A stretch of 63,936 nt of DNA, the filler included, from an uncultured Methanosarcinales archaeon (GTDB lineage Archaea > Nanobdellota > Nanobdellia > Woesearchaeales > CALCXY01), in NCBI GenBank assembly GCA_964385185.1. It is 3 parts of 3 records of this genome, joined end to end, with 100 filler letters (N's around TTAATTAATTAA, not from the genome) between each part and the next. Parts side by side here need not be neighbours in the genome. Positions count along the whole stretch, not along the records: positions 46,844 to 63,936 come from CAYLOA010000024.1; 2 more parts are not named here. One strand, 5' to 3'. The notes below the pieces were generated by a model. It saw nothing but the letters and a program-made list of their open reading frames with translations. It searched no databases and was not told the origin of the DNA. Below, in pieces: positions 49,612 through 59,592 of the stretch. Made by a program: the position numbers and the translations under genes. How positions within the stretch are numbered: position 1 is the stretch's first letter; every line of letters starts with the position of its first letter.

Positions 49612-50220
49612 TTATTTATCCCTACCCAAAACATCAGCTATACAACTCATCAAACCTGTTATTGCCAATGGAAGTATCTGGCCCAATTCAGCCGTATATC
49701 CACCATAGTTATGTCCTGGGAGAATATGAGTATCTTCAGGAAAAGCCACCAAACTTTTAATACTCTCACACAATTGTAAAAAATTACTCCCTTCAAGATC
49801 AAATCTTCCTGTGCTCCCTGTAGCAAACAACAAATCACCAGTAAACAATGCCTCACCAGAATACAAACAAATATGATCAGGAGAATGACCTGGAGTATGC
49901 TCTACAGCTAATTTTAAAGAACCTACCTCTATGTTGTTACCGGTATCGACATAATGATCTACTTTATGCGTAGCAAGGCGATGTGCATATATTGGAACGT
50001 CATATTTTTGCCTAAAATAATCATTACCTTCAATATGATCTTTATGTCCATGAGTGGTAACAATCCCCTTAGGAATATAATTATTCTCACTAACAGTTTC
50101 CTCTATCAACCTAAGTTCACCTGTCGGATCTATAAGCAAACATTCCCTGGCTTTTTTATCAACAAATAAATAGCTTAAATTATCACTATGCCCTTTTACC
50201 TCAATTTGGTGATAATACAT
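49612..50220 (-). CDS. MBL-fold hydrolase (glyoxalase II-like)
   Basis: THGHKDH, HTPGHS, FTGDLLF and PGHNY motifs; start MYYHQIEV 1 nt after the paralog's stop. Confidence 0.9.
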   Translation of the reverse strand: MYYHQIEVKGHSDNLSYLFVDKKARECLLIDPTGELRLIEETVSENNYIPKGIVTTHGHKDHIEGNDYFRQKYDVPIYAHRLATHKVDHYVDTGNNIEVGSLKLAVEHTPGHSPDHICLYSGEALFTGDLLFATGSTGRFDLEGSNFLQLCESIKSLVAFPEDTHILPGHNYGGYTAELGQILPLAITGLMSCIADVLGRDK

Positions 50221-50221
50221 T

Positions 50222-50794
50222 TTAGTAACCCAACATCTCTTTTTTAATTTCACCAACTGTTGTCTTCTTCCCACCATAGTTATGCCCAGGCCATACAATC
50301 TTGTCATCTCCCATCCTAAACAACTTACCTAACGAACGTTTCAAAACTCCTTCATCTCCACCTTTCAAATCAGTCCTACCATGACCTTTACAAAACACAA
50401 CATCCCCCACAATAATATGATCATCACAAACCAAAGCCATTGAATCTTCACTATGCCCAGGCAGATATTTAACAGTGATCAACCCAAACCCCACTTCAAT
50501 CTCATCATTATCTACCAAACGTATATCCACTTTATGGGGGCTTTTCTCATGAGCTACAATCTCAGCATCATATTTCTTCTTAAAATGATCATTCCCCTCA
50601 ACATGATCCGAATGCCCATGAGTATTCACAATAAATAACACATTTACTTTTTTAGCAACAACTACTTTCTCAATCTTATCAAAATCTCCACAAGGGTCAA
50701 CTATAACAGCATCATTACTATCACTGTCCCAGACAACATAGCTCAAATTATCATCCAACCCTCCAACTTCAATTTGCTCAACAATAAGTCCCAT
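50222..50794 (-). CDS. MBL-fold hydrolase (glyoxalase II-like)
   Basis: THGHSDH, LPGHS, VGDVVF, GRTDL and PGHNY motifs. Confidence 0.9.
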   Translation of the reverse strand: MGLIVEQIEVGGLDDNLSYVVWDSDSNDAVIVDPCGDFDKIEKVVVAKKVNVLFIVNTHGHSDHVEGNDHFKKKYDAEIVAHEKSPHKVDIRLVDNDEIEVGFGLITVKYLPGHSEDSMALVCDDHIIVGDVVFCKGHGRTDLKGGDEGVLKRSLGKLFRMGDDKIVWPGHNYGGKKTTVGEIKKEMLGY

Positions 50795-50907
50795 AGGTAC
50801 ATATACCATTCCAAAGTTTAAATAGATTATGCTCATCCATAATTTTTCCATTCTATCCGTAAATCATTCCCCATACACTTATATAGAACCTAGCCTTCTA
50901 TAAAATT

Positions 50908-51741
50908 ATGGAAAAAGAGGGTGAACAAAAATCAATCCAATTCACAAGAATTCAATCCCCTTCTTCCATAAACACATTCAAACAATGCGCTAGAAGATAC
51001 TATTATTCTTATATCAGAAAGCTCTCAACCTTACCAAGTATCCATTTAATCAGGGGAAAAGCAGTTCACTCAGTATTAGAAGATTTTTTCAAACTAAACA
51101 TCGACAACTTCACTGAAGATTCTTACGAATTCGAATTGAAAGTAGTCCTCAACGAACTCTTCAAGAAACATTGGTCAAAATCATACAATGGTTTGCAGTC
51201 ATTAGGCCTATCAGCAGGAGAACTCCATCATTTTTACACAGAGTCAGTAAACATGATTAACAACTTCCACCAAACATTCTGCGTACAATTAAAAAAATAC
51301 GCAGAAAAGGAAGGTTTTCACAAAGCATTCCAACATCTCGCTCCAGAAACAGAAAAACATTATTCTTCAAAAGACCACGGTGTACGAGGTTTTATAGACG
51401 CTATCCACAAAATTGAAGATGAAATCATCCTTATGGATTATAAAACCTCAAAGAAACCAGAAATTTCAGAAGGATATAAACTCCAACTAGCAATCTACGC
51501 ATTACTGTATGAAGAAAAACATGGAGTCCTACCAGACAAGGTGGGAATCAACTTCCTCAAATTCAACGAACAAACATTAGCAGTAGACATGGACTTAGTC
51601 AACTTCGCAAAGAAAGAGGTGGCATTTATCCATGAGAATACCCAATCCACAGAAATGGTAGACTATCCTAAAACAATAACTCCACTTTGCAAATGGCGTA
51701 CCGGACAATGTGATTTCTATAATACCTGTATTAATGAATAA
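50908..51741 (+). CDS. PD-(D/E)XK RecB/Cas4-like nuclease with 4-Cys Fe-S motif
   Basis: SPSSINTFKQC, GKAVH, RGFIDAI...DYKT, QLAIYA and C-terminal CKW...C..YNTC motifs. Confidence 0.88.
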   Translation: MEKEGEQKSIQFTRIQSPSSINTFKQCARRYYYSYIRKLSTLPSIHLIRGKAVHSVLEDFFKLNIDNFTEDSYEFELKVVLNELFKKHWSKSYNGLQSLGLSAGELHHFYTESVNMINNFHQTFCVQLKKYAEKEGFHKAFQHLAPETEKHYSSKDHGVRGFIDAIHKIEDEIILMDYKTSKKPEISEGYKLQLAIYALLYEEKHGVLPDKVGINFLKFNEQTLAVDMDLVNFAKKEVAFIHENTQSTEMVDYPKTITPLCKWRTGQCDFYNTCINE

Positions 51742-51785
51742 TAAAGGGAATTCTCTCAACCAATATCCCTTCCAGTATCAAACGC

Positions 51786-51830
51786 AACTCGCAGTCGTAA
51801 GACTGCGAGAGTGGGCACTCTGTGAGTGCC
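51786..51830 (-). repeat. REP-like double hairpin, copy 5
   Basis: Reverse complement GG-CACTC-ACA-GAGTG-CC-CACTCTCGCAGTC-TTAC-GACTGCGAGTT. Confidence 0.8.
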
Positions 51831-51919
51831 TCCATTTATTCCTTCACACCACCAACCTACAAATATTATTTAAACAATAATGCATTAATTTTATAAACTC
51901 CATTCCCCAAAATACTATT

Positions 51920-52726
51920 ATGAATATATTCATTGACTCTGCTGACATTGACGAAATCAAAGAAGGTCTTACATGGGGTGTAGTAGACGGTATAACAACT
52001 AATCCTTCTTTAATTAAAAAAGCTCAAGAAAAACATAAAGTAAAAGACATGACAGCATACATAAAAACACTTTGCAAAACAGTAGGCAAAGGAAAAGACG
52101 TATCATTAGAAGTCATAGGAACTGACTCAAAAACAATGATCAAACAAGGTCTACACCTCTACAAAACATTCAATCCTATAGCAAAGAATGTAGTTATTAA
52201 AATTCCAGTTAACCCAGCAACAAACAAAGAACCAAACTTCGACGGAATAAAAGCAATAAAAACATTAGCAGATAAAGGAATACCTATCAACACAACCTTA
52301 ATTTTCACACCAGAACAAGCATGGCTCGCTGCAAAAGCAGGAGCTAAATATGTCTCACCGTTTGCAGGAAGAATTGACGATGATATTAGAAAAGCTGCAA
52401 ACCTTAAATTCGAAAAAACAGACTACTACCCTGCAGACGGTCAAGAGAAAAACAACGTCCTACTACAAGACAATGGAGTAATCAGTGGAATAGATTTATG
52501 CGAACAAATTAGAATCTTGTTCGACAATTACAAGTATAAAACTAAAATCTTAGCAGCTTCATTAAGAAATTCAAGACAAATCAGAGAAGCAGCTCTATCA
52601 GGTGCAGACGTGGCAACAATCCCATTCTCAGCATTAACAACCACATTAACACACCACAAAACAAGTGAAGGGATGTCATCATTCATAGCAGACACAGTAA
52701 AAGAATACAAAGCAGTCTTCAAGTAA
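51920..52726 (+). CDS. tal: Transaldolase / fructose-6-phosphate aldolase family
   Basis: FIDSAD, GITTNPSLI, VVIKIP (Schiff-base Lys), YVSPFAGR and ILAASLR motifs. Confidence 0.92.
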   Translation: MNIFIDSADIDEIKEGLTWGVVDGITTNPSLIKKAQEKHKVKDMTAYIKTLCKTVGKGKDVSLEVIGTDSKTMIKQGLHLYKTFNPIAKNVVIKIPVNPATNKEPNFDGIKAIKTLADKGIPINTTLIFTPEQAWLAAKAGAKYVSPFAGRIDDDIRKAANLKFEKTDYYPADGQEKNNVLLQDNGVISGIDLCEQIRILFDNYKYKTKILAASLRNSRQIREAALSGADVATIPFSALTTTLTHHKTSEGMSSFIADTVKEYKAVFK

Positions 52727-52764
52727 CTCCAAACCTTTAAATATATCATTTCTAAAATTCTTCT

Positions 52765-53517
52765 ATGCAAAAAAAAGGACAGCTCTCTTTATTCCTCATA
52801 GTAGCCATAGTACTAGTCCTCCTAACAATCATCATTTTCACCATATTTTCTTCACAACAACGATCACAAACAACAGAAAGACTAGCCATAGCTCAAAATG
52901 AAATTTTTCGAGGAGGAGATGTAGAAACATACACAAAGTCCTGTCTTGACCTCTATGCAAACATAGCAACAAACTTATTAGCAGCCAATGGCGGACATCT
53001 CGACCTACCTGATCCACACCACACTAACCCAGATATGGCATACTACACATACAAACAACAAAACACCTCTCCTACAATGACCACAATCATAGATAATTTC
53101 ATAACATACATAGAAAACAACATCCAAGATTGTCTTTCACAATACAACAATCCATCAATCTCAATATTCAAACAATCCATAACTCCAAAGTTATTCTTAG
53201 AAGATGAAATATTATTATCCTACATAATAAATATAAGATCCGTCCATGAAAATGGAAGAATAGAAGACAGAGAGTTTGAATTTGTAGGAAAAGACTTCAG
53301 ACTCTTCTACGGATACAGAATCATGCATGAAATTACAACAGGAGTTCTATCATCACCCTCAACATTAGACTTAAGTTTTACATACAGAGCAAGAGATGAT
53401 TTACTCAATTCATCATTAGATTCTCCAGAATCAGAACCAGATGTCTACATAATAAAACTCACAGATACGAATGATGGAAATTATGTCTTCCAATCCGTTT
53501 TCGACCGTACCACTTAA
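52765..53517 (+). CDS. Class III signal-peptide (pilin-like) protein
   Basis: MQKKGQ|LSLFLIVAIVLV; YTKSCL...NGG...IQDCL pattern matches the N-terminal domain of 1781..5371. Confidence 0.75.
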   Translation: MQKKGQLSLFLIVAIVLVLLTIIIFTIFSSQQRSQTTERLAIAQNEIFRGGDVETYTKSCLDLYANIATNLLAANGGHLDLPDPHHTNPDMAYYTYKQQNTSPTMTTIIDNFITYIENNIQDCLSQYNNPSISIFKQSITPKLFLEDEILLSYIINIRSVHENGRIEDREFEFVGKDFRLFYGYRIMHEITTGVLSSPSTLDLSFTYRARDDLLNSSLDSPESEPDVYIIKLTDTNDGNYVFQSVFDRTT

Positions 53518-54599
53518 ACAATAGTTTTCAGAACTTCTACAAACCGAGTAACATCTTCCTCTTTGGTAAATGAAGAAATGCTTACCCTCAAACTTCCATG
53601 AGCTTCAACTTTACTCAGTCCCATAGCAATCAAAACATGGCTAGGATCTAAACTCTTAGTGCTACAAGCACTACCAGTGCTCGCCATAATGCCATGTTCA
53701 TCCAACTTCAACACGATAGCTTCCCCTTCAAGACCCTTAAATCCGAAATGAGCATGCGTACACAATGTATCCTTTCCACCGTTCAACCAACTTCCCTTAA
53801 TTTTCAAAACCCCTTCAACAATTGAATCCCGAATCTTACTCACTTTATCACTATCAATCATCTTAACAGCAGTTCCAAATCCAACAATACCGGGAACATT
53901 TTCAGTACCTGAACGAAGTCCAAATTCATGACCTCCTCCAATCAATAAAGGCTTAAGAGCAGTCCCTTTACGAACAAATAATCCACCCACACCTTTAGGG
54001 CCATGAATCTTATGTGCACTAAAACTCGCCATATCAACATTCTCCAAAGGAATTTTCAACTTACAAAGCGATTGAACACAATCCGTGTGAAACAACACAC
54101 CCTTAGCTTTACAAACCTTACCAATGGCATCAATATCTTGAAGAGTACCTACTTCATTATTGGCATGCATAATACTTACCAATTTAGTATTTTCTTTAAT
54201 TGCTTTCTCAACATCAGCAACAGCAACCTTTCCTTCTTTATCTACACCAACTACAGTCAGCTCAACACCCTCTTTCTCAAGAGCTTGAGCAACTTTCAAA
54301 ACAGAATCATGTTCTACACTACTAACAATAAGATGATCACCTTTTACCAAAACACCTCTGAGTGCAGTATTATTACTTTCAGTCCCTCCAGAAGTAAAAA
54401 TAAACTCGTCATCTTTTACACCTAAAAAACCTGCTATCTTACCACGTGCTTTATCAACAGCCTTGGCGCTTAAATCCCCAAGAGTATACAAACTAGACGC
54501 ATTTCCATATCTTGCAGTCTGATGTAACATAACTGACTCAGCTACCTCTTTAGTCATCTGAGTTGTTGCCGCATTATCCAAATAAATTGCTTTGTCCAT
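53514..54599 (-). CDS. iscS: Cysteine desulfurase (IscS/NifS)
   Basis: YLDNAATT, FTSGGTESNN, SAHKIHGPKG, RSGTEN and STGSAC motifs. Confidence 0.95.
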   Translation of the reverse strand: MDKAIYLDNAATTQMTKEVAESVMLHQTARYGNASSLYTLGDLSAKAVDKARGKIAGFLGVKDDEFIFTSGGTESNNTALRGVLVKGDHLIVSSVEHDSVLKVAQALEKEGVELTVVGVDKEGKVAVADVEKAIKENTKLVSIMHANNEVGTLQDIDAIGKVCKAKGVLFHTDCVQSLCKLKIPLENVDMASFSAHKIHGPKGVGGLFVRKGTALKPLLIGGGHEFGLRSGTENVPGIVGFGTAVKMIDSDKVSKIRDSIVEGVLKIKGSWLNGGKDTLCTHAHFGFKGLEGEAIVLKLDEHGIMASTGSACSTKSLDPSHVLIAMGLSKVEAHGSLRVSISSFTKEEDVTRFVEVLKTIV

Positions 54600-54696
54600 A
54601 GTATAGGAGGGATATGAGGGTCTTTAAAAATGTTACGGACCAACCATTCAGCTAACATAATCTTTATATAGCATAAATCTCATATACACAGAATAC

Positions 54697-56745
54697 ATGA
54701 AAAAGGGGATAATTATACTAATTACCATTGTACTAATGGTTTCTAGCATCGCATTTGCAGAATCCACCCCTTTATTGACGAGTGCAAATGACAGAATTAT
54801 TCTGGGTCTTTCTGATGACACATCCTTACTAAAAGTAACCTCCTTAGGATCACAAAACGCACCTCAATTAGTACTAGAAGACTCAGATGGTGTAGGCATA
54901 GGCAGATTAAGAACGATTGACGGCGATGTATTTATAGAACAAACTAAAATAAACCAACCCTTTGAGTCAAAAATAGCCCTCCTAAAAACAGGAGAAATTT
55001 CACTTGAAAATAGTCTAGGAAATATTGTCATGCTGCCAAACGGTCAAGTGGGTATTGGTGTGAAAATTCCTCAAGCAAGATTAGATGTTCTAGGCGATGT
55101 CCTGGCAGGTTCAGATGAATCCACAGTAAGAATAGGGGCAAATGGTGTAGAATTAATCGGCACAGGATATGAAATCAGTATAAAACCTTTTCCAGATGGA
55201 TCTTTTAGTTTTACTCAAGACAGTGATAGAGTTTCTCGATTATTTGTAGATCAGAATGGTCAAATAGGAATTGGCACCGTAGAACCAAACAATCTACTCC
55301 ACATAGCAGGAACAACTCAGTCAGATGATGGTATCATTATCGGAACCGAAGAAAGTGCAGGAAGAATTTCACTTTCAGCAGCAGCAAGAAATGCAAACCA
55401 GCCATTGTTGTTCAGCGGAGTCGGTAACGATCCTATAACTTCAAATTTTATAGGCGACATTTCAGTCACCAATCAAATCCTATTCGGCAACGGCTTAGGA
55501 AGACTATTAAACACTGACGGTGCACCCCAGATTCAATTAAGTGACTCAACTTCAGTTTCAACATTAAGTATTCTAAAAGGAATCCTCACATTAACAGGAA
55601 CACCACTGCGTGTACCAACCCTCCAATTAGCAAACACAGGAAACAATGGAGTCGTATGGAACATAAAAGAGAAAGAAAATAACGCAATATCATTCGATTA
55701 TAATGGAGAAAAATTAATCCTCACAGCTTCGGGACAACTAGGTCTAGGCATTGCTCCAGCAGATAAATTACATATATCTGGTGCCAATAATAATGGTTTA
55801 ACCATTTCAGGAATAAAAAATAAGAATTCTCCCATCATTACACTAGACAATCCAGACAATCCTACTTCAACTATTATCACAGCTAGAGATGGACATGTTT
55901 TAGATGTAGAATATAACGAAAGAAATCTACTTACAATAACTCCAAACGGAAGAGTAGGAATTGGCACAGGCACAGCTTCACCTTCAAGATTGTTTACTGT
56001 TCAAGGGTCAGCCAACATTGGAGGAACCAGCAGCGGACGATTATTCGTAAGACATATAGACGGTAAAAGTGGCGGAAATGCAAACGTAGATCATTTATTC
56101 TTACAACACAATACTGGAAAAAATGTATTTATCGGAAAAGCAAGTAATCCTTCAAATCTTGCAGTAACGGGTACCGTTACATCTCAAGGAAAGAAAGTAT
56201 GCCTGGCAGACGGAACAGATTGTAAACCTTCTTTTGAATTATCAAGCTGTAATGTTAAAACAGCAGCATTTAATGCAGGTTTCCCTACATGCGATACAGG
56301 AGAGCATAGAATGGCTCAATGGTGCAGTGGAGACTGTAATGGAGATGATGCTAAAGCAGTTATTTGCTGCGAAGAGCAAGCCTACTGCGAAGCCCTCCCA
56401 AGTGAAGATCATGGAGTAAATAGACAATGTTCAAAAGGTAAGTCCTTGATGGCAGCTTGGTGCTCTGGAAAATGTGAGGGTAAGGATGCACGAGTATCTT
56501 TATGTTGTGAAGGTCCAGGACCAAATGTTGACCCAGCCAATTATAGGAATCCAGGGAACTCAAGATCAGGTGCAGTTGCAGGAAGATGCGCTGTCTTTCC
56601 AACAAAACCACCTGCTGCTAAAGTACAATGTAAAAAACCAACATTAGAACTATTCAGTTATAAAAACTTTGGAGGAAATACAGAAGTAACCGTCTGTTGT
56701 CTACCTTCACAAATATTAGATATAGGATTATATCCACAAGATTAA
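54697..56745 (+). CDS. Secreted fibre-like protein with GxVGIG beta repeats and Cys-rich C-terminal tip
   Basis: Signal peptide; NGQVGIG, NGQIGIG, SGQLGLG and NGRVGIG repeats; VCLADGTDC; two WCSGxCxGxDAxxxxCC repeats. Confidence 0.7.
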   Translation: MKKGIIILITIVLMVSSIAFAESTPLLTSANDRIILGLSDDTSLLKVTSLGSQNAPQLVLEDSDGVGIGRLRTIDGDVFIEQTKINQPFESKIALLKTGEISLENSLGNIVMLPNGQVGIGVKIPQARLDVLGDVLAGSDESTVRIGANGVELIGTGYEISIKPFPDGSFSFTQDSDRVSRLFVDQNGQIGIGTVEPNNLLHIAGTTQSDDGIIIGTEESAGRISLSAAARNANQPLLFSGVGNDPITSNFIGDISVTNQILFGNGLGRLLNTDGAPQIQLSDSTSVSTLSILKGILTLTGTPLRVPTLQLANTGNNGVVWNIKEKENNAISFDYNGEKLILTASGQLGLGIAPADKLHISGANNNGLTISGIKNKNSPIITLDNPDNPTSTIITARDGHVLDVEYNERNLLTITPNGRVGIGTGTASPSRLFTVQGSANIGGTSSGRLFVRHIDGKSGGNANVDHLFLQHNTGKNVFIGKASNPSNLAVTGTVTSQGKKVCLADGTDCKPSFELSSCNVKTAAFNAGFPTCDTGEHRMAQWCSGDCNGDDAKAVICCEEQAYCEALPSEDHGVNRQCSKGKSLMAAWCSGKCEGKDARVSLCCEGPGPNVDPANYRNPGNSRSGAVAGRCAVFPTKPPAAKVQCKKPTLELFSYKNFGGNTEVTVCCLPSQILDIGLYPQD

Positions 56746-57950
56746 TCAACAAATTCTATCCCTAATTCATTCTGCATCTCTTCTTGAGCTTTTCCAGTAA
56801 TCGTTTTACCAGGCCCAAAAATCTGAGAACTATGCACTCCTGTAATAATTAAAATACATCTAATCGTTTTATCAAGATCGTCATATATTTGAGCTCCCCA
56901 AATAATCTTAGCATCTTCACTTAACTTATCACTCACAGCCTCAACGACCTTTCGAGCTTCATCTAATGTCATATCCTGCCCACCGGCAATATTAATCAAT
57001 GCACCAGCAGCTCCAGAGATATCAACGTCGAGTAGAGGGTTATTAATAGCTTTCTCAACAGCTTCCATAGCTCTCTGGTCGGTATCACTCTCTCCAACAC
57101 CGATAAGAGCCACACCACCGTTAGTCATGACAGCACGAATATCTGCAAAATCTAAATTTACCAATCCAGCTTTAGTAACCATCTCAGCAATACCTTTAAC
57201 AGCATTGGTTAAAATCTCATCTGCAACCTTAAATGCAGTATGTAAAGGCAAATCAGGTGCTAACTCTAACAGTTTATCATTAGGAATTACAATAAGTGTA
57301 TCAACGCTTGCCTCTAATTTCTCCAATCCAAGTGTAGCATTCTCAAACCGCTTCTGACCTTCCATAGCAAAAGGAAGAGTAACAATAGCCACAGTAAGAG
57401 CTCCTAATTTCTTAGAAATCTCAGCAACAACTGGAACACTACCTGTTCCTGTTCCGCCACCCAGTCCACAAGTGATAAAGACAAGATCCGCATCACCAAT
57501 AGCTTTTTTGACTTGTTGTTCAGACTCACGAGCAGCCTCTTCACCGAGTCGAGGATCACTCCCTGCACCCAGTCCTTTAGTAACTTCCTTTCCAATAAGA
57601 ATTTTATGATTACAATTAGTATACAATAAATCTTGAGCGTCAGTATTAATTCCGATAGTCTCCGCACCCACAATACCTACTTCTGTTATTCGATTAATAG
57701 TATTGTTTCCACCACCACCAGCTCCAATAACTCGAATACTAGCACGCTGTTTAGCCAACATCTGTTCTAACTCAGCATCAACACTATGCTCATTCTGAGC
57801 AGGCACATTAACTGCAGCTGAATCCATCTCTGGAGCACTCACTTCTTCAGAACTCATTTCTTGAGGACTAACCTCTTCAGATCGTACTTCGTTAGAAGAA
57901 ACTTCAGGGGTACTTTCCATCTGTTCTGCTTCTTGTATTTCTGGCTCCAT
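56742..57950 (-). CDS. ftsZ: Cell division protein FtsZ (FtsZ1-type) with acidic N-terminal extension
   Basis: GAGGGGNN, GLGAGSDP, GLGGGTGTG and NLDFADI motifs. Confidence 0.96.
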   Translation of the reverse strand: MEPEIQEAEQMESTPEVSSNEVRSEEVSPQEMSSEEVSAPEMDSAAVNVPAQNEHSVDAELEQMLAKQRASIRVIGAGGGGNNTINRITEVGIVGAETIGINTDAQDLLYTNCNHKILIGKEVTKGLGAGSDPRLGEEAARESEQQVKKAIGDADLVFITCGLGGGTGTGSVPVVAEISKKLGALTVAIVTLPFAMEGQKRFENATLGLEKLEASVDTLIVIPNDKLLELAPDLPLHTAFKVADEILTNAVKGIAEMVTKAGLVNLDFADIRAVMTNGGVALIGVGESDTDQRAMEAVEKAINNPLLDVDISGAAGALINIAGGQDMTLDEARKVVEAVSDKLSEDAKIIWGAQIYDDLDKTIRCILIITGVHSSQIFGPGKTITGKAQEEMQNELGIEFVD

Positions 57951-58031
57951 CTACATTATCTACAATAATTACTGCTATTTAAACTTTTATCTCATAGAAA
58001 AGGTGTATCTTAAAGAACATTAGAATAACAA

Positions 58032-58715
58032 TTAAGCCGTCTTTTTAGCTACAGGAGCACTCGGTTTTTCTGTATGTGTACTCAAATATTCAACTTTCTT
58101 AATCTTGGTAAGCTCACTAATCTTTTTAGTAACTAAATCTTGAGCTTCTTTAGGAAGGTCATGTGCAAAAGTAAGAACAGCCTTATCGGAATCAATCTTA
58201 ATCTCAGGCTGAGCCAATTTAAACGTAAATCTCATTAAGGAAACAAGTTGTTTTGTAACATCAGTAATAGTCTTACCTATTTTTACTTCATAAATAACTT
58301 TTCTACCTGCTAAGGGGTTGTTAAAATCAACAATAGTTCTCCCACCACTAACAGTCTTTACGACACCAACCATATCATCAACATTTACTTGCAAACCAGG
58401 CACAGGTTTAAATCCTTGTTTTATAAATTTACTAGTACTAATAAGCTGAATATATTTAGCATCTCGTTTTCCGAATCCCTCTTCAGGCGTTAAAGAAATG
58501 GTATGTTTTCCTTCTTTCTGTCCAACTAATCTCTTGTCAAGTCCAGGTAGAAGATGACCTTCTCCTAAACAGATAGTAGCAGAACCATAAGCAATCTTTT
58601 CATTATATAATTCATTCTCTCGAGCAACCTTTTCATCGGTGGTATCAAAAATAACGTCATCTTCTGTCCTACCTGTATACTCAAGTTCAACAAAATCTCC
58701 TTCTTTTAAGGTCAT
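58032..58715 (-). CDS. FKBP-type peptidyl-prolyl isomerase (archaeal long SlyD-like)
   Basis: GDFVELEYTG, FDTT, PEEGFG and VDFNNPLAG motifs. Confidence 0.9.
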   Translation of the reverse strand: MTLKEGDFVELEYTGRTEDDVIFDTTDEKVARENELYNEKIAYGSATICLGEGHLLPGLDKRLVGQKEGKHTISLTPEEGFGKRDAKYIQLISTSKFIKQGFKPVPGLQVNVDDMVGVVKTVSGGRTIVDFNNPLAGRKVIYEVKIGKTITDVTKQLVSLMRFTFKLAQPEIKIDSDKAVLTFAHDLPKEAQDLVTKKISELTKIKKVEYLSTHTEKPSAPVAKKTA

Positions 58716-58816
58716 TCATACCGTTATCATGATATACTTTATAAGAGTTTTGGATACATTTTATACCTAAAAACAGCAAACTTTATAAATAAAACCCATA
58801 CCTTCATAGTATTATC

Positions 58817-59011
58817 ATGGAATATATTGAGAAACCTTCTCTCGTTTTAAGAATTAAAAATTATCTTAAAGAGAGCTGGAGGGTACTAAGAGTAACGAAA
58901 AAACCGAGCATGATGGAATTTAAAACCATCGTTAAGGTGTCCGGTCTAGGTATCGTTGTTATTGGTCTCATTGGGTTCCTAATAAGTATGGTAAAACAAT
59001 TAGTATTTTAA
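58817..59011 (+). CDS. secE: Protein translocase subunit SecE/Sec61-gamma
   Basis: RVLRVTKKP...EF...GLIGFLI; directly upstream of spt5. Confidence 0.93.
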   Translation: MEYIEKPSLVLRIKNYLKESWRVLRVTKKPSMMEFKTIVKVSGLGIVVIGLIGFLISMVKQLVF

Positions 59012-59015
59012 AAAA

Positions 59016-59549
59016 ATGGCAGAAGAACAAAAGGAAGCAACAGAAGAAGGAAAGGATTCCAAAGAAGGAAAAGAATCTAAAGAAGATACTCCAGAATTCA
59101 ACATCTATGCTCTACGAACTACAGCAAATAGAGAAGACCAAGTTATGGACTTCGTTTCTAGTAACGCTCCTAAGAAAAAATTAGCAGTATATTCAGTTAT
59201 CAGACCGCATGGTATGAAAGGGTATATTTTTATGGAAGCAGCATCTAGACAAGATGCAGAACAAGCTTCATTTGGTGTACCGTATGCAAGAGGACTTCTA
59301 CCAGCAAAAATTAAATACGCAGAAATTGAACACATGCTTGAACAAGTAAAGAGAGATGTTAACATTCAAAAGAATGACATCTGTGAGATCATTTCAGGTC
59401 CGTTCAAGAGAGAAAAGGCAAAGATCACTCGATTGGATAAAACTAAAGAAGAAGTGGTTGTAGAGCTCTTAGAATCAGCTGTTCCTATTCCAATCACTTT
59501 GAAATTTGATTCTGTAAAAGTAATTAGAAGAGAATCAGACGAAGAATAG
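59016..59549 (+). CDS. spt5: Transcription elongation factor Spt5 (NusG)
   Basis: YALRTTANRE, KGYIFME, KOW EIISGPFK and VPIPIT motifs. Confidence 0.95.
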   Translation: MAEEQKEATEEGKDSKEGKESKEDTPEFNIYALRTTANREDQVMDFVSSNAPKKKLAVYSVIRPHGMKGYIFMEAASRQDAEQASFGVPYARGLLPAKIKYAEIEHMLEQVKRDVNIQKNDICEIISGPFKREKAKITRLDKTKEEVVVELLESAVPIPITLKFDSVKVIRRESDEE

Positions 59550-59592
59550 TTTTTCTTTCTTTTTAATCAAATTAAAAAAAGAATAAATACAC

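Noticed and set aside
50908..51830. Cas4-like nuclease plus nearby hairpins as a CRISPR locus
   Set aside because: No repeat-spacer array and no other cas genes. Solo RecB/Cas4-like nucleases are common.
54697..56745. Prophage tail gene
   Set aside because: It has a signal peptide and is flanked by iscS and ftsZ, with no viral genes or integrase nearby.
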